NCBI RefSeq assembly: GCF_001598795.1
Contig: NZ_BCZP01000009.1
Location: 180,001-212,000, forward strand
Source of the DNA: Delftia acidovorans NBRC 14950
GTDB taxonomy: Bacteria > Pseudomonadota > Gammaproteobacteria > Burkholderiales > Burkholderiaceae_C
DNA: 32,000 nt
Reading direction: 5' to 3'
A model generated the notes under the pieces. That model worked only from the letters and a program-made list of their open reading frames with translations, searched no databases and was not told the DNA's origin. This document shows positions 23,546 to 31,249 of the stretch, in pieces (within the stretch, counting starts at the first letter, position 1; the number at the start of each line of letters is the position of its first letter). The translations under genes were made by a program, and so were the position numbers.

Positions 23546-24334
23546 TCAGTCATTGGTTTCACGCGGGCAGATCCACACCGTCAGCGCGCTGAGGTTGTCC
23601 TGGTGCGGATTGCCGCTGGATACGACGCGGCCGACCATGCGCTGTATCCATTCGTCGGGGCGCTGGCTGGCGGCCAGCAACTGCTCCATTTCCGACTCGT
23701 GCATGCCTTCCCACAGGCCGTCCGAGCACAGCAGGAAGACATCGCCGGCCTCCAGGGCCACGGCGTCGGCGCGGATGCTGGGCGGCACCTGGCCCTCGGC
23801 GCCAATGGCGCCGGCCAGCACGTTGCGGTTGGGCAGGCGGCGCGGGTCGTTCTCTTCGTACAGGCCGGCGTGCAGCAGCTGCTGGACCAGGCTGTGGTCT
23901 TCGGTGCGCAGGTGCATGCGTCCCGCGCGGAACCAGTACAGGCGCGAGTCCCCCCAGTGCGCCCACAGGGCACGGCCCTGCTCGGGATCGATGCACAGCA
24001 CCACCACGGTGGCGCTCATGTGCATGCGAGAGACCGAGGTGGACTGCTGGCCGCTGACGCGGTGCTCCGCCTGGGAAATCAGGGAGGCCAGGCTGGCGGG
24101 GGCGAACAACGGGTTCTGCCGGAAGCCATCCACCACGGCCTGCACGGTGAGCTGGGCGGCGAGCTCGCCGTGCCCGTGTCCGCCAGCGCCATCGGCCAGC
24201 GTGCAGCACAGGCCGCCGGCGCCCAGGTCCATCAGGCCCATGGCGTCTTCGTTGCTGGAGCGCCTGCCGCTGTGGGAGGCGCTGGCCACCTGGATGCTGT
24301 AGCGGTGGCCGGCTCCGTCGAGGTAGGCGATCAC
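23546..24334 (-). CDS. pppA: PP2C-family Ser/Thr phosphatase PppA (TagG), 262 aa
   Basis: ORF 23546..24460 trimmed to a GTG start at 24334 (VIAYLDGAGHRYSIQVASASH...) that overlaps the fha stop (GTGA at 24331-24334). No in-frame ATG lies near the expected N-terminus. The PP2C motifs are SGRRSSNEDA, LADGAGGHG and LLCSDGLWE. Confidence 0.88.
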   Translation of the reverse strand: MIAYLDGAGHRYSIQVASASHSGRRSSNEDAMGLMDLGAGGLCCTLADGAGGHGHGELAAQLTVQAVVDGFRQNPLFAPASLASLISQAEHRVSGQQSTSVSRMHMSATVVVLCIDPEQGRALWAHWGDSRLYWFRAGRMHLRTEDHSLVQQLLHAGLYEENDPRRLPNRNVLAGAIGAEGQVPPSIRADAVALEAGDVFLLCSDGLWEGMHESEMEQLLAASQRPDEWIQRMVGRVVSSGNPHQDNLSALTVWICPRETND

Positions 24335-26427
24335 GGCTGGCCTTTCACGGACTGCTCGGCGTTTTCGTAGGCCTCGACGAAGGTGCGGCCCGAGAAGGCC
24401 ATCAGGTCGTCCTCGGCATGGCGGCGCAGCACGTCGAAGTTGTGCTTGTAGTCGTCCCACAGCGCGGCCTTGCGGCCATTGGTCAGCAGCTTGTCCAGCA
24501 GGCCGGGGTTGGTTTCGGTGCGGCGCTCCAGTTCGGTCGGATCGAACCGGGTCAGGGCCTCGGCATAGGCGGCGCGGATGCCGGCCATCAGGGCCAGCTG
24601 GTGCACATGCAGGTCCTGGAAGGCGTCCTGCATGGCGGGCAGCGGCTTCATGAAACCCGGGAAGGTCTGGTGGACCATCTGCATGAGCACGCCCTCGGAA
24701 TTGGGCAGGAACTTGAGCGGGTTGTTGGCCCCCGTGGCAATGATGGTCACGCCAGCGCGGAACTCGCGCTTGATCTCGGAGCGCGCGGCCAGCAGGTCGA
24801 TGGTTCCCTGCACCGCAATGCGCAGGGCTTCGCCGAAAGTGCGCATGAATTCCGGTGTGACCTCGAAATGGGTCTTGGCCGGGTTCAGGCCTGCGCCCTC
24901 CATGAAGGCTGCGGCCAGTGCCTGCAGATCGGCGTTGGCGGCCGGTTGGGGCTGCACGGGAATATCGACAGGCGCGGCGGTGGAGGGCAGGGCGCCGATG
25001 GGGATGGCGGCGTCGCCCTGGCCGAGGATGCTGGAGGCCGCGGGGATATTGACGTTGACGCCTGTGTCAAGGGGGGGAGCCGAGGCAACGGCAGCCCTGG
25101 CGACGGGCGCAACATGGGCAAGACCGGACTTGAAGAGGTCCAGATCCAGTCCATTGGTGGGCAGCAGACCGTCCAGCGCGGCCGGCTCGGCGGGGATCTG
25201 GGGCACGGGCGCCGGGACAGGCGCGGCAACCGGAATGTCCTGTGCCTGCGTCGGTACCTGCGCGTGTACCTGCGTCTGTGCCCGCGCCTCTACCTGTACA
25301 GGAAGCTGCTCCTGCACTGCAGGAATCACGGTATCGATCACAGGTGGGAGTGCGGGCTGGACCGGTGCTGCCGCCTCCTGCGGTGGCACCGGCTCTGCGG
25401 GCTGTGCATGCGACTGCATGCGTGGCAGATTGAAGGCCTGGCCCAGTTCGGAACCCCGGCCCGAGGCCTGCTGCAGCGGCTGCGCATCGGGGGGCAGGCC
25501 GCCCTGGTCGAACAGCGCAAGCGGGTCGAGCTTTTGGGATTGCTCGAAGCACGAAGGCAGGCCGGTATGGGAGGCATCATGCAAGGCCTCGGTGCTCAGG
25601 CCCTTGAGCGGCAGCGTGTGGACCATGCCGTCATGGCGCTGCTGTATCAGATCGCCCGTGCCTTGCGATGGCAGGCCGGCCCAGCCTTCCTCCTGCTGCC
25701 GAGCCTGCTGGGGCGGCGGAGCAAAGGGGTCGAAATCATTGGGGATCAGCAGGGGGCGATGCTGCGGCTTGGCGGGCTGCGGCATGGCCAGTGCAGCCTG
25801 CTCGGGCGGGATGGCGCTCTCGATCGAAGGCACGGCAGGGGTCTGGATGGCATCCAGGCTCAGTGCCGTCAGGCCTTCCCAGGGATCGGCGATGCCGGGG
25901 GCGGCGGCAGGCAATACGTCTGCCAGCGGCGCTGCCTCTGCCGGCGGCGCTGCTTCCGGCAGCGGGGGCTGGGAGGCGACGGGAGGCGGGACGATCTGGG
26001 GCTGCGGGGCGGCTGTGACGGGTGGGGCCGCTGCCTGCGTTGCTTGCGCGGCTTGTGTGGCTTGCGCGTTTTGCATTGCAGCCGAAGGCGGTGCCTCGAA
26101 AGGCGTGCCCGGCGCCACGGCGGCCAGGGTGTAGGCGCCGATACGGATGCGCGCACCCAGGGGCAGGCCCACTTCCTGGCCCGAACGCACGGGCTGCTCT
26201 GCCACCCAGATGGGATCACGCTCGCTCAGGTTCGCAACAAAGGCTCCCTCGGAATCCAGCCTGACCATGGCGTGCACGCGCGCGACGGAAGCGTCCGGGT
26301 CCGAGATGATGAGCTTGTTCTGGCCACTGCGTCCGATCGTGCCGCCGGCCATGCCGAATACGGCATGCCAGTGGCGATCGACCGGAACGCCATCGTGGTC
26401 CACGACCCTGAGTTCGATTTTGTCCAT
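24331..26427 (-). CDS. tagH: FHA-domain T6SS protein (Fha1/TagH), 698 aa
   Basis: ORF 24331..26427 has an N-terminal FHA domain (GTIGRSGQNKLIISDPDASVARVHAMV...GAFVANLSERDPIWV). A ~350 aa Pro/Ala/Gln-rich low-complexity centre follows. The C-terminal domain is conserved and ImpI/VasC-like. Confidence 0.9.
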   Translation of the reverse strand: MDKIELRVVDHDGVPVDRHWHAVFGMAGGTIGRSGQNKLIISDPDASVARVHAMVRLDSEGAFVANLSERDPIWVAEQPVRSGQEVGLPLGARIRIGAYTLAAVAPGTPFEAPPSAAMQNAQATQAAQATQAAAPPVTAAPQPQIVPPPVASQPPLPEAAPPAEAAPLADVLPAAAPGIADPWEGLTALSLDAIQTPAVPSIESAIPPEQAALAMPQPAKPQHRPLLIPNDFDPFAPPPQQARQQEEGWAGLPSQGTGDLIQQRHDGMVHTLPLKGLSTEALHDASHTGLPSCFEQSQKLDPLALFDQGGLPPDAQPLQQASGRGSELGQAFNLPRMQSHAQPAEPVPPQEAAAPVQPALPPVIDTVIPAVQEQLPVQVEARAQTQVHAQVPTQAQDIPVAAPVPAPVPQIPAEPAALDGLLPTNGLDLDLFKSGLAHVAPVARAAVASAPPLDTGVNVNIPAASSILGQGDAAIPIGALPSTAAPVDIPVQPQPAANADLQALAAAFMEGAGLNPAKTHFEVTPEFMRTFGEALRIAVQGTIDLLAARSEIKREFRAGVTIIATGANNPLKFLPNSEGVLMQMVHQTFPGFMKPLPAMQDAFQDLHVHQLALMAGIRAAYAEALTRFDPTELERRTETNPGLLDKLLTNGRKAALWDDYKHNFDVLRRHAEDDLMAFSGRTFVEAYENAEQSVKGQP

Positions 26428-26469
26428 GGAGTCTTAGGCTAGGCAGTTTTCAGGAAGCGTCGGGATGCC

Positions 26470-26964
26470 TCAGGAGGCTTTGCGCGCGGGCGCAGGGCGC
26501 TTGTTGCGCAGCGCGGCACGGGCGTTGTTGAACTCCCGGCCCCAGATGGGATGGCCCTTTTCGGCCTCGGTCAGCTGGAAGGTGGGGTCCAGGGCCAGGG
26601 CCATGTCGAAGTGCTGACGGCAGGGCTTGCGGCGGCCTTCCACGCAGTGGCTGAAGGCGATGTACTTCAGCGCCTTGACCTGGCTGCTCATGGGCAGTTC
26701 CTGTGCGGTGGACAGGGGCGTCAGCGCCGTGATGGCGTCCTCATAGCGGCCGTCCACATAGAGCTGGATGGCTTCGACCAGCTCCTGCTCCTTGATCACC
26801 ACGGGGTCCACGGGCTTGACGGGCTCCGGAGGCTGGACCACGGTCGGGGCCGGCTCGGGCTCCACGGGCTTTGGCGTGGTTTCACACGCGGCCAGGCCGA
26901 AGGCAACGGCCAGGGCAAGGGTCAGGCGCTGGATGGAGTGAGGAATATTCAGGGTCATGGACAT
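26470..26964 (-). CDS. Lipoprotein with a TPR-like helical domain, T6SS-associated (TagQ/TssQ-like role possible, family uncertain), 164 aa
   Basis: ORF 26470..26964 has the lipobox LAAC in MSMTLNIPHSIQRLTLALAVAFGLAAC, followed by a Pro-rich linker. The helical domain contains KYIAFSHCVEGRRKPCRQHFDMALALDPTFQL...HPIWG, which is paralogous to the N-terminal half of the next gene. Confidence 0.75.
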   Translation of the reverse strand: MSMTLNIPHSIQRLTLALAVAFGLAACETTPKPVEPEPAPTVVQPPEPVKPVDPVVIKEQELVEAIQLYVDGRYEDAITALTPLSTAQELPMSSQVKALKYIAFSHCVEGRRKPCRQHFDMALALDPTFQLTEAEKGHPIWGREFNNARAALRNKRPAPARKAS

Positions 26965-26966
26965 GG

Positions 26967-27755
26967 TCAGCGGGCATCAAAGTCATGGGAAAGGGTCACC
27001 GACTGGCCGTCGGTGATGCGGATCACCTGCCGATAGCTCTCGAAGCCGGGATTGCGCAGCTCCACCGTGTGGGAGCCTGGCGCCAGCTTGAGCAGCACGA
27101 CGGGAGGGGTGACGCCGGACGGCTTGCCGTTGATCAGCACATTCGCCCAGGGGCTGACCCTCAGGCGCAGGTTGTGATCTGTCCGTGGCGTCTCAGACCG
27201 TGCGGCCAGCGCGGCGGAGCGCGCTGGAGCAAGGCCGGGTGTCAGGGCGGTGATCGAGGTGATCACGCGGCTGTTCAGTGCAAAGCCGCCGGCCGTGGGT
27301 GCCGCAGGCGCCGTGCGCAGCCGCTGCGCGGAAGGGCAGCGCTGGATCCAGCGGTCCTGGGCGCGGCTGTAGGCGTCCCGCCACGGTGTGCCCGTGGTTT
27401 CGTAGGCTTGCAGTGCAAAGCCCGGGTGTGCGGAGAACGCGGAGTCGAAGGCCGCCTCGCAGCGCGCCCATTCCTTGTGCGTGCAATAGGTGTAGGCCAG
27501 GTACTTGTGGGCGGAGGCCCGCTCCATGGGATCGGCCAGCCCGCCAAACAGCGCCGCCTGCAGCGCACGCTCGGCCTGGGCCAGGTCGCGCGCCTCGAAC
27601 AGCGCAATGCCCTGCGCCAGCTGCGGGCGTCCTGCCGAGCCGGTTTGGGTGGGCGCTGCCTCTTCGCATGCCGCCTGGGAATGCGCCAGGCAGGGCAGGC
27701 CGAGCACTGCAGTGCACAGCATCCATCGCCAGCGGTGGTTCATCAGTCGAGCCAT
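26967..27755 (-). CDS. Exported protein: TPR-like domain (paralog of the lipoprotein) plus a C-terminal PEGA-like beta domain, 262 aa
   Basis: ORF 26967..27755 has a signal peptide (WRWMLCTAVLGLPCLAHSQA). KYLAYTYCTHKEWARCEAAFDSAFSAHPGFAL...TPWRD aligns with the lipoprotein. The C-terminus LRLRVSPWANVLINGKPSGVTP..LAPGSHTVELRNPGFESYRQVIRITDGQSVTL looks like a PEGA domain. Confidence 0.75.
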   Translation of the reverse strand: MARLMNHRWRWMLCTAVLGLPCLAHSQAACEEAAPTQTGSAGRPQLAQGIALFEARDLAQAERALQAALFGGLADPMERASAHKYLAYTYCTHKEWARCEAAFDSAFSAHPGFALQAYETTGTPWRDAYSRAQDRWIQRCPSAQRLRTAPAAPTAGGFALNSRVITSITALTPGLAPARSAALAARSETPRTDHNLRLRVSPWANVLINGKPSGVTPPVVLLKLAPGSHTVELRNPGFESYRQVIRITDGQSVTLSHDFDAR

Positions 27756-27764
27756 GGGCCGCGC

Positions 27765-29873
27765 TCATTCGAAAAGATGGTTCACGGTCACCGACTCGCC
27801 CTTGGTGACCGTGATGGTCTTGGTCACCGTGGAGGCCGCACCCGGGTTGCTGATGTCGATGCGGTACTCGCCCTCTGGAAGCTCCATCTGGGTCAGCGGC
27901 GGGCTGGTCCGCGCAGGGGCGCGGTTCACGGAGACATAGCCCCAGGGCACGACCCGGAACACCACCTTGCCCGTGGCCGCTGCGGGCTTGACGGGGCGGG
28001 CCTCGGTCTTGGACGGCTCGGTGGGCAACGGCTCGGACCCGGTGGCCACCGTGACGGGGACGACTGGCGTGCTCTGCTCGGGCTGCGAAGGGGCAATCTC
28101 GGGCACCGCGGCCTGCTGCTCGGGCGAGGTCATCGGCTGCACCTGCTCCGTGGAGGCCAGCGAGGCCTCGTTGAGCAATTGCTTGAGCAGCGCCTGGGCC
28201 TCGGTGCGGTGCTGTCCTTCGGGGAAGCTGTCCAGGTAGTCCTGCAGGCGGGCCAGGCTGGACTGGCTTTGCGCCTGCTGCCAGGCCAGGCTGTCGCGTG
28301 CTGCCAGGGTCTTGGCGCGTGCCTGGTCCTGGGAATGGTCGTACCACAGCACGCCGCCGCCCGCGATGGCAGCCAGCACCAGGGCGCCGATGGCCAACGG
28401 TACGGCCATGCTGCTGCGCCTGGCCTTGGGCGCAGCCTGGGCCCCCGCAGCTGGAGGCCGGGCAGCCGGAGGCTTGGCCTGGACGGCCGGCGCTGCGGCG
28501 GGCTGCTCGGGAACGGGTGCAGGTGGTGAAGCCGGGACCGGAGCCTGAACCGTAGCCTGAGGCGCCGGCATGCCTTGCAGTGCCTGGTCGATGTCGATGA
28601 ACGGCCCGTTGCCCAGGCCCATCGGGTCGGCTGCAGAGGCCTGGGGCGCAGATGGGGGTGCCATCTGAGGCGTGGCCATGGCAGCAGGTGTGCTGGGGGC
28701 CGGTGATGCCGGGGCCACGGGTGGAACCGTTGCAACAGGCGGCATGGGCAGCACAGGTGCTACAGGTGCTGCAGGTGCCACAGGTGCCACCGGCATGACC
28801 GTCGCCACGGGCGCAACCTGTGGGGTGGGTGCGGGAACGTAGGTTTCCGTGATCGGCAGGAAACGGGGTGCCTGCGCGGATGCCGACTCGCTGGCCATGG
28901 CGGCCTGAACGGCCGCAGGCGTCGTGATCGGGATGTAGATGGGGCTGGCGCTGGGCTCCACAGGCGCAGGCGCCGCCCGGCTTTCGGCAGACAGGCCCAG
29001 CAGGCTGCGCAGTTCGGCAATCGACTGGGGCCGGTCCTGCGGGCGCACGGCCAGGGCTTTTTGCATGCCCTGCAGGAAGGCGTCGGAGTAGCCGGGAACC
29101 TGCTCGGAAGTCAGCGGCTGCATGGGGTCCGTGACCATGCGCGCCACCGAGGTGGCAGGAGTGCGGCCCGTGGCGGCCTGGTGAATGAGGGCGCCGACCT
29201 GGTAGATGTCCGTCCACGCGCCCTGGGGCATGGCGCCGTCGTCCACGTACTGCTCGATGGGCGCAAAACCGGGCTTGAGCACCATGGTCAGCGCCTGGGT
29301 CATGTCGCCGATGATGCGGCGCGCGGCGCCGAAATCCAGCAGCACGGGGCTGCCATCGCGCTGCACGAAGATGTTGTCCGGCGCGATATCGCGGTGGAAG
29401 CAGTCCTGTGCATGCAGGACCTCGAGCACATCGAGCAGCGGGGCCAGCAGGGTGCTGAGCTGGGCCTGGTCGATGCGGCCCGACGATGCCTGCAGCACGC
29501 GGCCCAGCGTCTGGCCCTCGTAGTGGCGCATCACCATGTAGGCCGTGCCGCCGGCTTCGAAGAATCGGTAGACATGCACCAGGGTGGGGTGCGAGAAGCG
29601 CGCCAGCAGGCGGGCCTCGTTGATGAAGCTGCGCAGCCCGGCGTCGAACGCGCCACGGTGCTGCGAGCGCACATGCACCTGATGGGAGCTTTGCCGCCCG
29701 GCCAGGGCCGAAGGCATGTACTCCTTGATCGCGACCTCGCGGTCCAGCGAGAGGTCACGGGCCTTGTAGACGATGCCGAAACCGCCTTCGCCGATGACAT
29801 CGAGCACGCGGTATTCGCCAATCTGGACACCTGCCGGAAGGCAGTTGGTCGAACATGCTGCTTCGCTAACCAT
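27765..29873 (-). CDS. ppkA: Transmembrane Hanks-type Ser/Thr kinase PpkA (TagE) with a periplasmic PEGA-like C-terminal domain, 702 aa
   Basis: ORF 27765..30020 trimmed to Met50 (ATG at 29873, MVSEAACSTNCLPAGVQIGEYRVLDVIGEGGFG). The kinase motifs are GEGGFGIVYKA, VAIKEY, HRDIAPDNIF, DFGAAR and FAPIEQ. A Pro/Ala-rich linker leads to a TM helix (VPLAIGALVLAAIAGGGVLWY). The C-terminus is VVFRVVPWGYVSVNRAP...LPEGEYRIDISNPG...VTKGESVTV. The start is uncertain, and Met15 at 29978 is possible. Confidence 0.9.
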   Translation of the reverse strand: MVSEAACSTNCLPAGVQIGEYRVLDVIGEGGFGIVYKARDLSLDREVAIKEYMPSALAGRQSSHQVHVRSQHRGAFDAGLRSFINEARLLARFSHPTLVHVYRFFEAGGTAYMVMRHYEGQTLGRVLQASSGRIDQAQLSTLLAPLLDVLEVLHAQDCFHRDIAPDNIFVQRDGSPVLLDFGAARRIIGDMTQALTMVLKPGFAPIEQYVDDGAMPQGAWTDIYQVGALIHQAATGRTPATSVARMVTDPMQPLTSEQVPGYSDAFLQGMQKALAVRPQDRPQSIAELRSLLGLSAESRAAPAPVEPSASPIYIPITTPAAVQAAMASESASAQAPRFLPITETYVPAPTPQVAPVATVMPVAPVAPAAPVAPVLPMPPVATVPPVAPASPAPSTPAAMATPQMAPPSAPQASAADPMGLGNGPFIDIDQALQGMPAPQATVQAPVPASPPAPVPEQPAAAPAVQAKPPAARPPAAGAQAAPKARRSSMAVPLAIGALVLAAIAGGGVLWYDHSQDQARAKTLAARDSLAWQQAQSQSSLARLQDYLDSFPEGQHRTEAQALLKQLLNEASLASTEQVQPMTSPEQQAAVPEIAPSQPEQSTPVVPVTVATGSEPLPTEPSKTEARPVKPAAATGKVVFRVVPWGYVSVNRAPARTSPPLTQMELPEGEYRIDISNPGAASTVTKTITVTKGESVTVNHLFE

Positions 29874-29924
29874 GCAATCCCACCCAAGATGTTGTTTCAC
29901 ACCCTGGCGGGCGATGTCTGTCGC

Positions 29925-29939
29925 GCAGCCAGGGTGCCG
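29925..29939 (-). promoter_or_regulatory. Candidate sigma54 (-24/-12) promoter facing ppkA
   Basis: The minus strand reads cGGCAC-cctgg-cTGC (reverse complement of plus 29925-29939), against the consensus TGGCAC-N5-TTGC. The predicted start would be ~40 nt upstream of the ppkA ATG at 29873. Confidence 0.4.
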
Positions 29940-30436
29940 AACCTGTTCGAGGCCATTGGACAAGGAGAAAGCCGGCATCACACCGGCAATCTGTCTCTGT
30001 AAACCGTTGGTTTTCCTCAATCAGCCTATTGTCTGAAGCCAGGGGCCAAAGACGAGCGTCATGGATTCGTCATGAATACAAGATCGTATTTCAATCGGAC
30101 TCCGAATGCGGCGTGAGTGTAGCTTGAGTTCCGCAAAAAGCCATGACACGAATCGAATGGATATGAGGTGGATACATTTTTTTTCAGATGTATCCGCCGT
30201 AACAATTCAGTCTGCTCAATTGTTTGTATTTTGCCGGCCTTATCCACTATCATCGCGGCTCCAACAAAGGAGGGCGGTTCACGACAGTGAGGATTGCAGG
30301 CGATTGTCAATACATTCCTTGACCATCCAGGGTATGCGCCGCACTGATCTGAATCACGTGTTAAGTGAATCGGTTTCGTGCGCTCTACCCGAGAGTGGTT
30401 TCCCCTTTGTTCGCGTGTGAACTATCCGATGCAATC

Positions 30437-30452
30437 AGGCTATTGGGTTGCA
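30437..30452 (+). promoter_or_regulatory. Candidate sigma54 (-24/-12) promoter facing hcp
   Basis: The plus strand reads aGGCta-ttggg-TTGCA (GG at 30438-30439, GC at 30450-30451), so the spacing is correct. The -12 element is good and the -24 element is degenerate. The predicted start would be ~25 nt upstream of the hcp ATG. Confidence 0.3.
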
Positions 30453-30488
30453 TGCGAACGTTTAATCCATTAGTTCGAGAGGTGTGCA

Positions 30489-30971
30489 ATGTCCGTTGAT
30501 ATGTTCATGAAGGTCGAGGGCGCCAGTGGCGAGTCCCAGGATTCCAACCACAAGGGCTGGACCGACATCGACTCCTTCACCTGGGGTGCTACCCAGCCCA
30601 ACACCATGTCCAGCGGCGGTGGTGCCGGTGCCGGCAAGGTGAGCTTCCATGACCTGAACGTCATCGCCAAGGTGGACAAGTGCTACCCCGCCGTGCTCAA
30701 GCACTGCGCCACGGGCAAGCACCTGGGCCAGGTCGACATCTCGCTGTGCAAGGCCGGCGGCTCGCAGATCGAGTTCACCAAGATCACCCTGACCGACGTC
30801 ATGGTGACGAACGTGACCGTCAGCGGCGCCAACTCCTCTGACACCGTGACCGTGAACTACTCGTTCCAGGCTGCCAAGGTCAAGACCCAGTACTGGGAAC
30901 AGACCAACCAGGGCGGCAAGGGCGCCGAGAGCCAGATGGGCTTCAACATCAAGGAAAACCGCGAAGCCTGA
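30489..30971 (+). CDS. hcp: T6SS inner tube protein Hcp (TssD), 160 aa
   Basis: ORF 30489..30971. MSVDMFMKVEGASGESQDSNHKGWTDIDSFTWG is the hallmark Hcp N-terminus. A GAGAGG Shine-Dalgarno lies ~7 nt upstream, and codon bias is strong. Confidence 0.97.
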   Translation: MSVDMFMKVEGASGESQDSNHKGWTDIDSFTWGATQPNTMSSGGGAGAGKVSFHDLNVIAKVDKCYPAVLKHCATGKHLGQVDISLCKAGGSQIEFTKITLTDVMVTNVTVSGANSSDTVTVNYSFQAAKVKTQYWEQTNQGGKGAESQMGFNIKENREA

Positions 30972-30979
30972 GCTTCCTC

Positions 30980-31029
30980 CCGCAGCTGTGCTGCTGCGGC
31001 AACCCGCGTCGGACTCGTCTGGCGCGGGT
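30980..31029 (+). terminator. Two GC-rich hairpins immediately after the hcp stop
   Basis: The pairs are ccgcagc(30980-30986)/gctgcgg(30993-30999) and acccgcg(31002-31008)/cgcgggt(31023-31029). No U-tract follows, so these may be stabilising structures rather than terminators. Confidence 0.4.
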
Positions 31030-31054
31030 GTTGCCGTGGACAGGCGGGAATATG

Positions 31055-31080
31055 GCCTCCATCTATCGATGGAGGCTTTT
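31055..31080 (+). terminator. Rho-independent terminator downstream of hcp
   Basis: A perfect 9-bp stem gcctccatc/gatggaggc with a tatc loop is followed by tttt (31077-31080). Confidence 0.75.
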
Positions 31081-31232
31081 CAGTATGGAAAGTCGAAATT
31101 GGGCTGTTGAAGGAATATCGGAGAGACGTGCCTTGAGGCCGCGTGGGTAACCGCGTGCCTGGCTGGTTTTTGTGTCATTTTTTTGACGTGGGCCAGCTTT
31201 CCATTCCTGTCAAAAGCTGAATGTCGTTAGGC

Positions 31233-31249
31233 TTGTCAATCTTTGACAA
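31233..31249. promoter_or_regulatory. Perfect palindrome TTGTCAA-tct-TTGACAA (candidate operator)
   Basis: Read directly. A second inverted pair, ttttgac (31181-31187) and gtcaaaa (31209-31215), uses the same TTGAC/GTCAA core. The GT-N-AC symmetry is compatible with GntR-type operators, and a GntR gene starts ~540 bp downstream. Confidence 0.35.

Larger units (their letters stand above)
29874..30488. promoter_or_regulatory. Divergent control region between the ppkA-led operon (minus) and hcp (plus)
   Basis: This stretch is visibly AT-richer than the flanking genes and holds only short, unsupported ORFs. It contains the inverted repeat ggatacat-N10-atgtatcc (30170-30195) and the two sigma54-like elements listed separately. 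Confidence 0.7.

Noticed and set aside
28754-28789. Four imperfect 9-bp tandem units (caggtgcNN) that looked like a micro-repeat array. Similar GCN/CCN repeats occur at ~6345-6365 and in the fha low-complexity core.
   Set aside because: They lie in frame inside coding sequence and simply encode Ala/Pro/Val linkers (VAPVAPAAPVAPV). There is no spacer/repeat architecture, so this is not a CRISPR array. At most they are slippage-prone linker DNA.
27193-29217. 674-aa minus-strand ORF in an alternative frame over ppkA and the PEGA gene
   Set aside because: It overlaps the frame that carries all the Hanks kinase motifs. The translation is Pro/Arg/Gly-rich with no motifs.
30059-30420. Short ORFs in the hcp/ppkA intergenic region (30059..30310 minus, 83 aa; 30106..30420 plus, 104 aa)
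   Set aside because: Their codon usage is AT-rich and unlike every confident gene here. I saw no Shine-Dalgarno and no recognisable motifs. They overlap each other in a region better explained as promoter DNA.
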